A stretch of 64,000 nt of DNA from Candidatus Altimarinota bacterium. Its GTDB lineage: Bacteria; Patescibacteriota; Gracilibacteria; UBA1369; GCA-2718715. Position 1 is the stretch's first letter, and each line of letters begins with the position of its first letter. This document shows positions 30,453-40,235 of this stretch, piece after piece. The stretch is taken from positions 672,001 to 736,000 of the forward strand of contig JBESAV010000001.1 of assembly GCA_041242255.1 (NCBI GenBank), in the 5' to 3' direction. The notes under the pieces are model-generated. The model searched no databases, had not been told where the DNA came from, and worked only from the letters and a program-made list of their open reading frames with translations. The position numbers and the translations under genes were made by a program.

Positions 30453-33400
30453 TCACAAGCTTTCTCCCTTCAATCTTATCAGCTCAATTAGATCATCTTT
30501 AATATTTTCAATATTTATTTTTAAATCAAGCTCTACCTCTTGTTGGCCTGAAGGTTGATTTATAACTAGTTTCACTGATTGATCTCCTGGGTTTTCGTTG
30601 AAAAGCTGTTTTATTTTGTTTAGACCTTCTTTATTGAAACCTTCGGGAATACTAATTGTTATTTTGTCTAAGGCCTCTGTTACAGGATTAGCTAAAGACT
30701 CAATGTCCTGAATAACCTTACTAATATTTTCATTTTCATTATAAACCCCCATATCCTTAGCAGCTTTAATCATATCCGAAAGCTTAAACTTCTTCATTTT
30801 ATCTAAAATAATCTGATCTCCACGCTTGTTATCAAATTTTCCTTCCACAAACAGAAGCATATCCTCCTTAACTTCAAAAGATAAATTCTTATACATTCTT
30901 GGGAAAACCACTATATCAATTGATCCAACAATATCCTCTAGACTAAACACCATCATATAATCACCTTTTTTAGTCTTGAAGCGTCTCAAACCACTTACAA
31001 AACCACAAACTTTAACCTTCTTCCCAGCATGCAAGTCACATAACTCCCTTGATAAGAGAACTTTTCTTCTCAAAAAAGAAGTCAATCCATATAAAGGATG
31101 CTTTGAAACATACATCCCAAGGTAACTTTTCTCTTCCTTCAAAAGCTCAAGCACAGTTAACGGTTTGAATGTATCAATTCTCAAAGCGTTAATATCACCA
31201 CTGGTTTCTAAACCACCAAATAGTGAATCTTGGCCTTTAGCCTGAGAATTTTGATAGTTTTTTGCATACTTATTAATAGTTTCATAGGACATAGCAATGT
31301 CATGCCTATTACCAAATTCATCTAATGCACCAGAGTAAGCTAATGCTTGAATTGTTTTCTTATTTAAAGATTTCCATGGAACTCTTTGAGCAAGATCCTC
31401 TAATGACTTAAACTTACCATTTTTTCTCTCCTGAATAATCTCTTCAATTGAAGAATTTCCGAGCCCCTTAATAGCACCTAATCCAAACCTAATTGTTTTA
31501 TCATCTATTACCGTAAAATCAAGGTAACTGTCATTCACCGAAGGGGATAACACTTCTATTCCTAAGTTCTGGCAGTCATGTATCTCTAACACAACTCTAT
31601 CCAAATTACCCAAGTCAGCAGTCAATAATGCTGCCATATATTCAACAGGGTAGTTAGCCTTAAGATATGCAGTCTGATAAGCAATCACCGCATAACATGC
31701 CGAATGAGATTTATTGAAACCATATCCAGCAAAAGGCTCGATTACATCTTCAAAAACTTTAGCTGCAAAATCCTTATCGTGTCCTTGCTCAGCAGCCCCA
31801 TCTATAAATTTCTGTTTCTGTTCTGCTACAAGTTCAGGGATCTTCTTACCTACAGCTCTTCTCAATACATCTGCTTGCCCCAAGCTGAATCCACCAAAAA
31901 CCTTAGCAATTTCCATAATTTGCTCCTGGTATACACCAACTCCATAAGTTTCTTTCAAAATATCTTCAAACAAAGGATGCATATACTTCACAGAACTTGG
32001 ATCATGCTTACCTTCAATATATTGTGGGATATATTGCATCGGACCTGGCCTATACAACGCGTTCATAGCAATAATATCCTCAAGACGAGAAGGCTTTAAG
32101 TCTTTTAAGTACTTTTGCATTCCTGCCGACTCCAACTGGAAAACACCAACTGTTAAACCTTGAGATAAAAGCTCATAAGCCTTTTCATCCGTATAAGGAA
32201 CTTCATCTATATCAACAATTTCATCTCTATGGTGTTTAATATTCTCCAAACACCGTTCAATAATCGTAAGATTCCTTAGACCCAAGAAATCCATTTTTAA
32301 TAGACCAATCCCTTCAAGCGGTTTCATATCATATTGAGTCACAATAGTCTCATCACTACGTGAACCATACTGAAGGGGAGTGTAGTTAGTCAGTTCATTT
32401 TCAGATATTATCACAGCACAGGCATGAGTACCTATACTTCTAATAGTTCCTTCTAATTTAATAGCTAAGTCCAAAAGCTTTTTAGACCTAGGGTTAGACT
32501 CGTATTCATCTGTCAGCTCAGTGCCTTCCTCAATATATGTCCCAATAGGCTTGTACTTACCAAAAATTGGATCTGGAACCTTCTTTGCAACTAAATCAAC
32601 TTCCTCATATGGATAACCAAGAACCCTACCTACATCACGAATAGCAGCTTTAGCAGCCATAGATCCAAATGTACAAACTTGAGCCACATTTTGCCTACCA
32701 TATTTCTCTACAACGTATTCCATTACTTCTTCACGCCTTGCATCAGAAAAATCAATATCAATATCTGGCATCGACACTCTTTCAGGATTCAAAAACCTCT
32801 CAAAATACAAACCGTAGTCCAACGGATCAACCGTCGTTATATCCAGGCAGTAGGCTATAATAGCTCCAGCCGCAGATCCACGACCTGGTCCCACCACAAT
32901 CCCACGGTCTTTTGCGTATCTAATGAAATCCCATACAATCAGGAAATAGTCATTAAATCCCATTTGATCAATAATTCCAAGCTCATATTCAAGACGGTCT
33001 CTCGCAACATTCATGTCTTTATTTTTGTATTTTTCGTTCATACCTTTCTCACAAAGCTCCCTAAGGTAAGCCTTAGAAGTTTTACCATCAGGAGCAGTGA
33101 AGTTTGGCAAAAGCTCCTGATTAAATTCAATTGTGAGGTTGCATTTATCAGCAATTTCAATCGTATTTTCAATCACCTCAGGATGATCCTTAAAGTACTC
33201 AGCAATCTCTTCTTCAGTCTTCATATAAAAATCATCACCATAAGAGAAACGTTCAGGATCATTTAAGGTTCTACCATTTCCAATACAAACCAATGCATCC
33301 TGAGCCTCAGCATCTGACTTTTCTATATAATGAGTATTATTCGTAGCTACAACCTTAAGATCATGCTTTTTTGCAAACTCAAATAGTTTCTGATTTACAA

Positions 33401-33947
33401 CTACTTGCTTCTCATCATCTGGATGGGCTTGAACTTCTAAGTAAAAGTCATCCTTATCGAAAATTTCTAAATATCTTTTCAATGCTTCCTCAGCAGATTT
33501 TTCATCATTATTTAATAGTGCAAGTGGTATCTCACCATATATATCACCAGACAGGGCTATAAGCCCCTCACTATATCCAGTTAAAACCTTATGATCTATT
33601 CTTGGCTTATAATAAAACCCCTCCAAAGAGGCTTTAGTAGTAAGCTCTAAAAGGTTTTTGTATCCCACCTCATTCTTGCACAGTAAAACTAGAGAGTTAG
33701 AAAACTTCACAGACACATCTTTTTTGAATCTATCTTTAGTTATGTACATATCACAACCTATGATGGGTTTTATCTCAGCATCCTTACAAGCTTTGTAAAA
33801 CTCAACTACACCATGCATCACAGCATGATCTGTAAGTGCAACTGCTGGCATACCTAATTCCTTAGCTTTGTTAACTAATTCTTTAGGCTTAGATAAAGCA
33901 TCTAGCACACTATAGTGACTGTGGTTATGTAGGTGAACGAAACTCAT
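30453..33947 (-). CDS. dnaE: DNA polymerase III alpha subunit
   Basis: PHP HLHNHS, GRGSAAG, MPDIDIDF, KMDFLGL, GFNKSH, OB fold; start taken at MSFVHLH. Confidence 0.97.
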   Translation of the reverse strand: MSFVHLHNHSHYSVLDALSKPKELVNKAKELGMPAVALTDHAVMHGVVEFYKACKDAEIKPIIGCDMYITKDRFKKDVSVKFSNSLVLLCKNEVGYKNLLELTTKASLEGFYYKPRIDHKVLTGYSEGLIALSGDIYGEIPLALLNNDEKSAEEALKRYLEIFDKDDFYLEVQAHPDDEKQVVVNQKLFEFAKKHDLKVVATNNTHYIEKSDAEAQDALVCIGNGRTLNDPERFSYGDDFYMKTEEEIAEYFKDHPEVIENTIEIADKCNLTIEFNQELLPNFTAPDGKTSKAYLRELCEKGMNEKYKNKDMNVARDRLEYELGIIDQMGFNDYFLIVWDFIRYAKDRGIVVGPGRGSAAGAIIAYCLDITTVDPLDYGLYFERFLNPERVSMPDIDIDFSDARREEVMEYVVEKYGRQNVAQVCTFGSMAAKAAIRDVGRVLGYPYEEVDLVAKKVPDPIFGKYKPIGTYIEEGTELTDEYESNPRSKKLLDLAIKLEGTIRSIGTHACAVIISENELTNYTPLQYGSRSDETIVTQYDMKPLEGIGLLKMDFLGLRNLTIIERCLENIKHHRDEIVDIDEVPYTDEKAYELLSQGLTVGVFQLESAGMQKYLKDLKPSRLEDIIAMNALYRPGPMQYIPQYIEGKHDPSSVKYMHPLFEDILKETYGVGVYQEQIMEIAKVFGGFSLGQADVLRRAVGKKIPELVAEQKQKFIDGAAEQGHDKDFAAKVFEDVIEPFAGYGFNKSHSACYAVIAYQTAYLKANYPVEYMAALLTADLGNLDRVVLEIHDCQNLGIEVLSPSVNDSYLDFTVIDDKTIRFGLGAIKGLGNSSIEEIIQERKNGKFKSLEDLAQRVPWKSLNKKTIQALAYSGALDEFGNRHDIAMSYETINKYAKNYQNSQAKGQDSLFGGLETSGDINALRIDTFKPLTVLELLKEEKSYLGMYVSKHPLYGLTSFLRRKVLLSRELCDLHAGKKVKVCGFVSGLRRFKTKKGDYMMVFSLEDIVGSIDIVVFPRMYKNLSFEVKEDMLLFVEGKFDNKRGDQIILDKMKKFKLSDMIKAAKDMGVYNENENISKVIQDIESLANPVTEALDKITISIPEGFNKEGLNKIKQLFNENPGDQSVKLVINQPSGQQEVELDLKINIENIKDDLIELIRLKGESL

Positions 33948-34063
33948 ATAATTTTTTAAGTACACATAAATTAATACATATTCATATAAGTGTAAAAAGT
34001 TTCATAAAAATATTGAAATTTGATACAATGTGTGTAGAATGCCTTCGCAAATTGAAATAACGT

Positions 34064-34148
34064 GCTCGGGTGGCGGAATTGGTAGACGCGCTGGTTTTAG
34101 GCACCAGTACCTTCGGGTGTGAGAGTTCGAATCTCTCCTCGAGTACCA
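34064..34148 (+). tRNA. tRNA-Leu(TAG)
   Basis: GCTCGGGTGGCGGAATTGGTAGACGCG CTGGT-TTTAGGC-ACCAG, long variable arm, GTTCGAATC, ACCA end. Confidence 0.96.
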
Positions 34149-34221
34149 CTTATATTTGGTTGCAAAACTAGAACAGAATATTTACTCTTCATAAGAATAT
34201 ATGCTTTTTTAATAAACTCAC

Positions 34222-35148
34222 ATGATTTACGTAATTGGACACAAGAACCCTGATACAGACGCTATAGTTAGCGCAATTGTATGCGCCAACATCAGAAAGC
34301 ACCTCGGAGATGATGCCAAAGCTATAAAACTAGGCGAACTAAACAAAGAAACAGAATTCGTACTAGATTACTGGGGTGTTGAAGTACCTGAAACTAAAAC
34401 CTCTCTACAAGACGGCACAGAGGTTGTATTAGTTGATCACAACGAACAAGCACAAGCAATTGATGATATACAAAAACTAAACATTATTTCAATTATTGAT
34501 CATCATAAATTCAATCTTATAACAGACAGTCCACTACACATAATAGCTCAACCTGTAGGATCAACAGCCACAATCTTAGGTGACCTTATGTTAAGTGCTG
34601 ATATAGTACCCACCAAAGAGGAAGCTGGGTTACTTATTTCAGCAATATTATCTGATACTTTACATTTCCGGTCAGCAACCACAACAGATATGGACAAAAA
34701 AGTTTTAAGTGAGTTAAACCAAATTGCAGAAATTGAAGAAATAGAGGAGTACAGTCTTCAAATGTTCAATGCTAAAAGCGATCTGGGAGACATGGATGTC
34801 GAGTCTTTAATTAGGTTAGATTACAAAGAGTACGACATAGAAGGCAAAAAACTAGCTGTCGGAGTATTAGAAACAACTTCAGTCGATTACGCATTTAATA
34901 GAAAAGAGGAGATAATCTCAAAAATGAAAGAGATTAAAGAATCCGATAGAATAAACCACATGATGTTTGCAGTTGTAGACATCATAAAAGAACAAAGTTA
35001 TGGTTTAGTATGCGACCAAAGTGATGAAGATCTCATGAAGGAAGCCTTTGAAACATCTGCAAAAGAAAACATAGTTGATCTTAAAAATCTTCTATCAAGA
35101 AAAAAACAAATGATTCCAACTATAGAAAAACACCTAAAAAACGCATAA
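34222..35148 (+). CDS. ppaC: Mn-dependent inorganic pyrophosphatase (family II, no CBS domains)
   Basis: GHKNPDTD, LVDHNE, IDHH, SDT, SRKKQ. Confidence 0.95.
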   Translation: MIYVIGHKNPDTDAIVSAIVCANIRKHLGDDAKAIKLGELNKETEFVLDYWGVEVPETKTSLQDGTEVVLVDHNEQAQAIDDIQKLNIISIIDHHKFNLITDSPLHIIAQPVGSTATILGDLMLSADIVPTKEEAGLLISAILSDTLHFRSATTTDMDKKVLSELNQIAEIEEIEEYSLQMFNAKSDLGDMDVESLIRLDYKEYDIEGKKLAVGVLETTSVDYAFNRKEEIISKMKEIKESDRINHMMFAVVDIIKEQSYGLVCDQSDEDLMKEAFETSAKENIVDLKNLLSRKKQMIPTIEKHLKNA

Positions 35149-35152
35149 AAAC

Positions 35153-35180
35153 TTGACTTAAGCTAGCATAGTATTATAAT
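35153..35180 (+). promoter_or_regulatory. Promoter upstream of the sigma-region-4 protein / 7TM / ATP-grasp genes
   Basis: TTGACT-N16-TATAAT. Confidence 0.6.
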
Positions 35181-35205
35181 CGCTTCCTAATAATTATAGA
35201 AGCAA

Positions 35206-36264
35206 ATGAGTAGCCAAAAACACGAGAAGACAAATCTAGCTGATGCAATACAACAATTATTTCAAGTACTAAATCCCAAAGAACAGAAAGTTATTAAAGG
35301 AAGGTACGGTTTTGATATTAAAAAATCTAAGAGAACACTTGAGTCAATTGGTGATGACCTAGGGATTACAAGAGAAAGAGTTAGGCAAATTCAAAAAGCA
35401 GCATTAAAAAAACTTCAAAGAGTTATTCACAGTAATAAGCTCCAAGCTACTATGGAGTACGTTGAACATTTCATAAAAGAGAATGATTACTTCATAACAG
35501 AATCAGATCTAATAAAAGGTCTTTCAGAAAAGATAAAACCATCAATCAAAAATATTGATTCACTTATTATTTTACTTGCAGACATAAATCCAGAAATTAC
35601 AAAGATTAAAAAAACCAAGAAGATTAGCAAGTCCTGGACAATCAAATCTAAGATCAATAGTAAAAATACAAAGCAAATCCTTAAAACAGGAACAAAAATC
35701 TTAAAAGCAGAAAAGAAAGCAATTACGCCTATACAATTCCTTACAGACGTACAGGAAGAACTTAAAAAACAAAAGGCTGGAGTTTACTCTAGAAGCACAT
35801 TAGCTAAAGTTTATTCTGCAAGTAGCATCATTAAAAAAGTACAAGAAGGTTATGGACTAACTAGCTGGAGATCAATCAAACCAAAAAGCATCAAAGATAA
35901 ATCAATCATTGTGTTTAAAAGACAAAATAAACCGTTACACTTCAGCCAAGTATGCGACCTGATTCATGATTATAAGTTTGATGCTAAAGAAGTTACTTTA
36001 CAAGCTGTACATAATGAATTGATCAGATATAACGACTTCGTACTTATTGGAAGAGGTATCTACGCATTAAAAGAATGGGGATTCAAAACAGGTACAGTTA
36101 AAGACATTATTCATGATGTTTTGAGCGAGAATGGTCCATTGAGCAAGGCTAAGATAATTGAAGAAGTACTTAAAGAGAGAAAAGTTAAAGTTGGAACGAT
36201 ATCTCTAAATCTACAAAAACACCCAGAATTTAAAAGAGTAGGAAGAGCAGTTTACTCTCTCTAA
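35206..36264 (+). CDS. Sigma70 region-4 HTH protein with C-terminal winged-helix (HARE-HTH/RpoE-delta-like) domains; not a full sigma factor
   Basis: TLESIGDDLGITRERVRQI; PLHF...VHNELI...FVLIGRGIYALKEWG; no region 2. Confidence 0.8.
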   Translation: MSSQKHEKTNLADAIQQLFQVLNPKEQKVIKGRYGFDIKKSKRTLESIGDDLGITRERVRQIQKAALKKLQRVIHSNKLQATMEYVEHFIKENDYFITESDLIKGLSEKIKPSIKNIDSLIILLADINPEITKIKKTKKISKSWTIKSKINSKNTKQILKTGTKILKAEKKAITPIQFLTDVQEELKKQKAGVYSRSTLAKVYSASSIIKKVQEGYGLTSWRSIKPKSIKDKSIIVFKRQNKPLHFSQVCDLIHDYKFDAKEVTLQAVHNELIRYNDFVLIGRGIYALKEWGFKTGTVKDIIHDVLSENGPLSKAKIIEEVLKERKVKVGTISLNLQKHPEFKRVGRAVYSL

Positions 36265-36306
36265 ATATAAGCTTATAATTGCAATAAGATTTTTTAGAGA
36301 AACCAA

Positions 36307-37887
36307 ATGAAAAAATTCATACTTAGCTCATTCTTGTTATTTGGAATGCTTATTTCAAGCTACCCTGTTTCAAATGCGCAAACAATTGACCAAATTTTCC
36401 AAGAATTCAGCTTAGATACAGCTCAAGAAGGAGTTTTATTTACCGAGATAATATCCCCTGAGTTCAATGATGTAGAGAGCCCAACAGTCTTCAAAGCAAA
36501 CCCACAGTTTAACGAAGAGAGATACGAAGATATTATTTATCAGTGGGAGTTTGGTGACGGTAACAGTGAAGTAGGTAAAGAGGTAGTTCACAGGTATGAT
36601 CAAGCTGGACTTTACGAAGTTACCTTAACTGTTGTAACAGACGACAACGAAACATCAATTACTCAAGATATATTCATTGCTGAGCAAACAGCTCTTTTGA
36701 TAACAGATAATACTCAAGACACTGATAAGATAACTAAGTTCGTGCGAAATGGTAATTCATCAAACTACTTTATAAAAATAGTTGAAAGTTTCGCCAGCCA
36801 ATCAGAGTTCTTATCTGAAGAGGTTCTTAGTAGAAAATTAATAAAGCTAGGAGAAGAGGTTAAAAACTACGATACAATTATCATTTGGTCAGACAACACA
36901 TCTCCTATAAACGCAATTGCTCGTTTTAATCAAAACTTTCAAGAGCAAAACTCAGACTCACAAGCAAATTTCAACAATAAACTTTTCCTAATCTTACAAA
37001 ACGAAGTAGGAAATATACAAAGAACACGTAGAATATTCCGACAAATTCAACCAGAAGAAGTAATCTTAATGCCAACAGCAGTTAGGCAGATCTTTTTAGA
37101 CACAAACACAACAAGTGAACTTAAGTCAGAGCTTCAAAACACTGGTATTGATCATCAGATCTTAGATGAGTATGAAACTAAGATAAGCCCCTTAAACTTT
37201 TTCTCTGTCTTTATCGACTACCTAGTTAACCAAGGAATACCAGATAACACAATCATCCTGATACTCTTACTTCCAGTTATTGCAACTATTATCGCTGTTT
37301 TCAAACAGATTATTGGCTTCAGTACAATGGGAATTTACATGCCATCAATCATTACAATGGCCTTCCTCATATTGGGATTAAAGTTTGGACTTATTACGTT
37401 CCTTCTAATTGTTGCTACTGGTCTAATAGCACATAAAGTATTTGATCCAATGAAACTGCTTTATGTACCAAAAATGGCATTAATTATTACAACAGTTTCC
37501 ATTGCTCTATTCGCACTTATAACTATAACAGTTTACTTCAAATTCTTTGCTATTGATTTTATTTCTCTTACGATTTTCCCAGTATTAGTAATGGGAACTT
37601 TAACTGAAAGATTTGCAAGATTAACGAGCACTAAAGGCTTCAAGGGGTCATTATTTATACTTATAGAAACATTACTAGTATGTATAATCACATATTTCCT
37701 AACAGGTGGAACTATTGATCTAATCTTTGCAAACTTCCAATTCACTGGAATTAGAAATCTTATTCTAAATCACCCCGAAATAATTTTCTTAATAATTATT
37801 TTAAACATATACCTAGGTAAATGGACTGGCCTACAAGCTACAGAAATACTTAAGTTCAGAAATATAATTAATGACCTAGAAGAATAA
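36307..37887 (+). CDS. PKD domain plus 7TM_transglut-type multi-pass membrane protein
   Basis: Signal peptide; YQWEFGDG..VVHRY..AGLYEVTLTV (PKD); LLLPVIATIIAVFKQIIG..GIYMP, LLYVPK, FPVLVM..TERF, GKWTGL. Confidence 0.85.
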   Translation: MKKFILSSFLLFGMLISSYPVSNAQTIDQIFQEFSLDTAQEGVLFTEIISPEFNDVESPTVFKANPQFNEERYEDIIYQWEFGDGNSEVGKEVVHRYDQAGLYEVTLTVVTDDNETSITQDIFIAEQTALLITDNTQDTDKITKFVRNGNSSNYFIKIVESFASQSEFLSEEVLSRKLIKLGEEVKNYDTIIIWSDNTSPINAIARFNQNFQEQNSDSQANFNNKLFLILQNEVGNIQRTRRIFRQIQPEEVILMPTAVRQIFLDTNTTSELKSELQNTGIDHQILDEYETKISPLNFFSVFIDYLVNQGIPDNTIILILLLPVIATIIAVFKQIIGFSTMGIYMPSIITMAFLILGLKFGLITFLLIVATGLIAHKVFDPMKLLYVPKMALIITTVSIALFALITITVYFKFFAIDFISLTIFPVLVMGTLTERFARLTSTKGFKGSLFILIETLLVCIITYFLTGGTIDLIFANFQFTGIRNLILNHPEIIFLIIILNIYLGKWTGLQATEILKFRNIINDLEE

Positions 37888-40235
37888 TGCTCAAATTTAA
37901 CAAAGGTATACTAGGTTTAAACGCAAGAAACCTTTTATACGTTAACAAATACAATCAAAAATCTGCCATTAAGTTTGCCAACAACAAACTTAAAACAAAG
38001 CACTTCTTATCTGCTCGTGGAATACCTGTGCCTAAATTATTCAAGGTTATTAAATCACATGAAGATTTAAACAATTTAGACTTTGGTAGTCTTCCTGGAA
38101 GCTTAGTCCTTAAACCAAACATGGGATCACAGGGTAAAGGAATACTTGTTTTCAAAGGACGAAGCGGTTCAGATTTCCACCATGTAAACGGAGAAACCTA
38201 CACCAAAGATGACTTAAAAAAACATATAACGGATATAATTGATGGTCGTTTTTCAATGGGAAATGTTCGTGATACTGCTTTCTTTGAACAGCTAATAATC
38301 AATCATAAATCCTTACAAAACTACACCTGGTCTGGATTACCAGACATCAGAGTTATTATGCATAATCTTGTTCCTGTAATGGCCATGTTACGCTTACCGA
38401 CAAAAGAGTCAGGAGGAAGAGCCAATCTATCTCAAGGTGCTTTAGGAATTGGATTAGATATCGCTACTGGAAAACCTACTCACATTAGTTACAAAAATCA
38501 CATCATTCAAGAAATACCAGAGTTCGGAAAATTCGATCCAAACTTCAAGGTACCATATTGGGATGAAATTCTAAACATATCTGCCAAGTCACAATACATA
38601 ACAAACCTTGGATTCCTAGGTTGCGATATAGCAATTGATAACAACAACGGTCCAATCCTCATTGAAATAAATGCTAGGCCAGGTACAAAGATTCAAATCG
38701 CAAATAAAGCTCCTCTACATAAGAGATTAAAACAAGTAAGTAACATAACTATAAAATCACCTGAAAAAGGTGTTCGTGTTGGAAAAGATCTGTTTGGTCG
38801 AAAAGAAGTAATAAATACAGGAAAATCATCTCAAAAAATTATCCACACAGAAGAGCATGTAGAAATGATCATCAACTCTAAAAAAATTAATCTAAAAGCA
38901 AAAGTTGATCTTAACCAAGAAAGAACAATCATCGATGAGAAATACAAGCCCGAAACAACAAGCAAAAAACATACAGTTAAACTAACCATAAACAACAAAC
39001 ATAAAGTTGTAATCGCACCACTTTACCAAAAAATCGAAGGTAACTATTCATGCATAATAGGATACAAAGACCTTCAAGGTTTCTTAATCAAACCTAGGAT
39101 AAAAGATCAATCTAAACCTCTTTCAACAGATAAACCAAAGAAAGAGACCCAAAAAGGATTTTACTACAAACCACAAATCGATTTTGGTCAGGTTGACCAT
39201 CAAATTTTCCAGATTATGAAACAGCTAAAGTTTCTATCGCTCCTAACACCGCTTAATCTAAAAGAAGAAATTTCTAAATTTAAAAAAGATCACTCATACA
39301 ATCCTCAGTTTGAATATAAAAATATCACTGAAACAACCATCCCTTTGTTAGACACTCTTGCAAACATAAAGATAGATGATAGTGAGTTAGGTAAAATATT
39401 TGATAAAAAGATCCAAGAGCTGAACACAACAATCCACGCTATTAATCACATTGGTACGTCTGAGTTCACTCATATCTCTGAAAAATTATATCCTCACCCA
39501 ACTCAAGAAGAGGTAAAAATTGCTGAGGTCCTACAAACTAACAAGAAAAAATACAAAACATCCTCAAAAGTCTATTCAGATAGAAAAGTGGCTAAGATAT
39601 TTTCAGATTTTCTTAAAAAATCTGGACTAAATAATTGGAAAGTTCAAATAAAAGAAAACATGATTGGAAGCTGCAGCGTCAACAAGTCCAATACAATTTT
39701 CATTAAGAAAGGAAGTAAATTTAATGAAAACAGAGTAAAAAAACTTATAGCTCATGAAATCGAAACCCATATATTCACAGCTGAAAATGGAAAAAAACAA
39801 CCCTACAAAATATTCCAATTCGGAACTGCAAACTTCCTAGAAACTCAAGAAGGTTTAGCTATATACAATCAAGAAAAAACTCTAGGATACGAAAGCAACC
39901 ACTACTTTGCCGCCATAAACTTAATAACCTGTGATATAGCCCTTAATAATAGTTTCACTGAAGCTTTTGCTAAGCTGAAAAGTCTAGGTATATCAGATCA
40001 GAAATGTATCAACTTTATTCTTAAAACCAAGAGGGGAGTAGGCGACACTACTCAAAAAGGTGGATATGCTAAGCAAGCTATCTACACCAGGGGTGCACTT
40101 ATGATAGATGATTTTGTAAAAAATGGAGGAAGCCTTTCTGAACTATACATAGGAAAAATATCCTTAGATATTCTAGAGGACTGCAAAAAAATCAAATCCC
40201 TAAATCCACCAATCTACGTACCAAGCTGGTATTAG
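37887..40235 (+). CDS. Fusion of an alpha-L-glutamate-ligase-like ATP-grasp domain, an inactive retropepsin-like domain and a DUF1704 (QEGLA/MATCAP-like) metallopeptidase
   Basis: GILGLNARN, KPNMGSQGKGI, PDIRVI, AMLRLPT..S.GRANL, GCDI, EINARPG; KAKVDLN...IIGYKDL; HEIETH, TQEGLA, KRG. Confidence 0.85.
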   Translation: MLKFNKGILGLNARNLLYVNKYNQKSAIKFANNKLKTKHFLSARGIPVPKLFKVIKSHEDLNNLDFGSLPGSLVLKPNMGSQGKGILVFKGRSGSDFHHVNGETYTKDDLKKHITDIIDGRFSMGNVRDTAFFEQLIINHKSLQNYTWSGLPDIRVIMHNLVPVMAMLRLPTKESGGRANLSQGALGIGLDIATGKPTHISYKNHIIQEIPEFGKFDPNFKVPYWDEILNISAKSQYITNLGFLGCDIAIDNNNGPILIEINARPGTKIQIANKAPLHKRLKQVSNITIKSPEKGVRVGKDLFGRKEVINTGKSSQKIIHTEEHVEMIINSKKINLKAKVDLNQERTIIDEKYKPETTSKKHTVKLTINNKHKVVIAPLYQKIEGNYSCIIGYKDLQGFLIKPRIKDQSKPLSTDKPKKETQKGFYYKPQIDFGQVDHQIFQIMKQLKFLSLLTPLNLKEEISKFKKDHSYNPQFEYKNITETTIPLLDTLANIKIDDSELGKIFDKKIQELNTTIHAINHIGTSEFTHISEKLYPHPTQEEVKIAEVLQTNKKKYKTSSKVYSDRKVAKIFSDFLKKSGLNNWKVQIKENMIGSCSVNKSNTIFIKKGSKFNENRVKKLIAHEIETHIFTAENGKKQPYKIFQFGTANFLETQEGLAIYNQEKTLGYESNHYFAAINLITCDIALNNSFTEAFAKLKSLGISDQKCINFILKTKRGVGDTTQKGGYAKQAIYTRGALMIDDFVKNGGSLSELYIGKISLDILEDCKKIKSLNPPIYVPSWY

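Noticed and set aside
32679-33266. 195-aa ORF antisense to dnaE, and the other short antisense ORFs in the track
   Set aside because: They lie wholly opposite well-supported genes and have no motifs; expected from codon bias
22337-34148. tRNA-anchored genomic island or prophage
   Set aside because: No integrase and no duplicated tRNA 3' end seen; the region contains core genes aspS and dnaE
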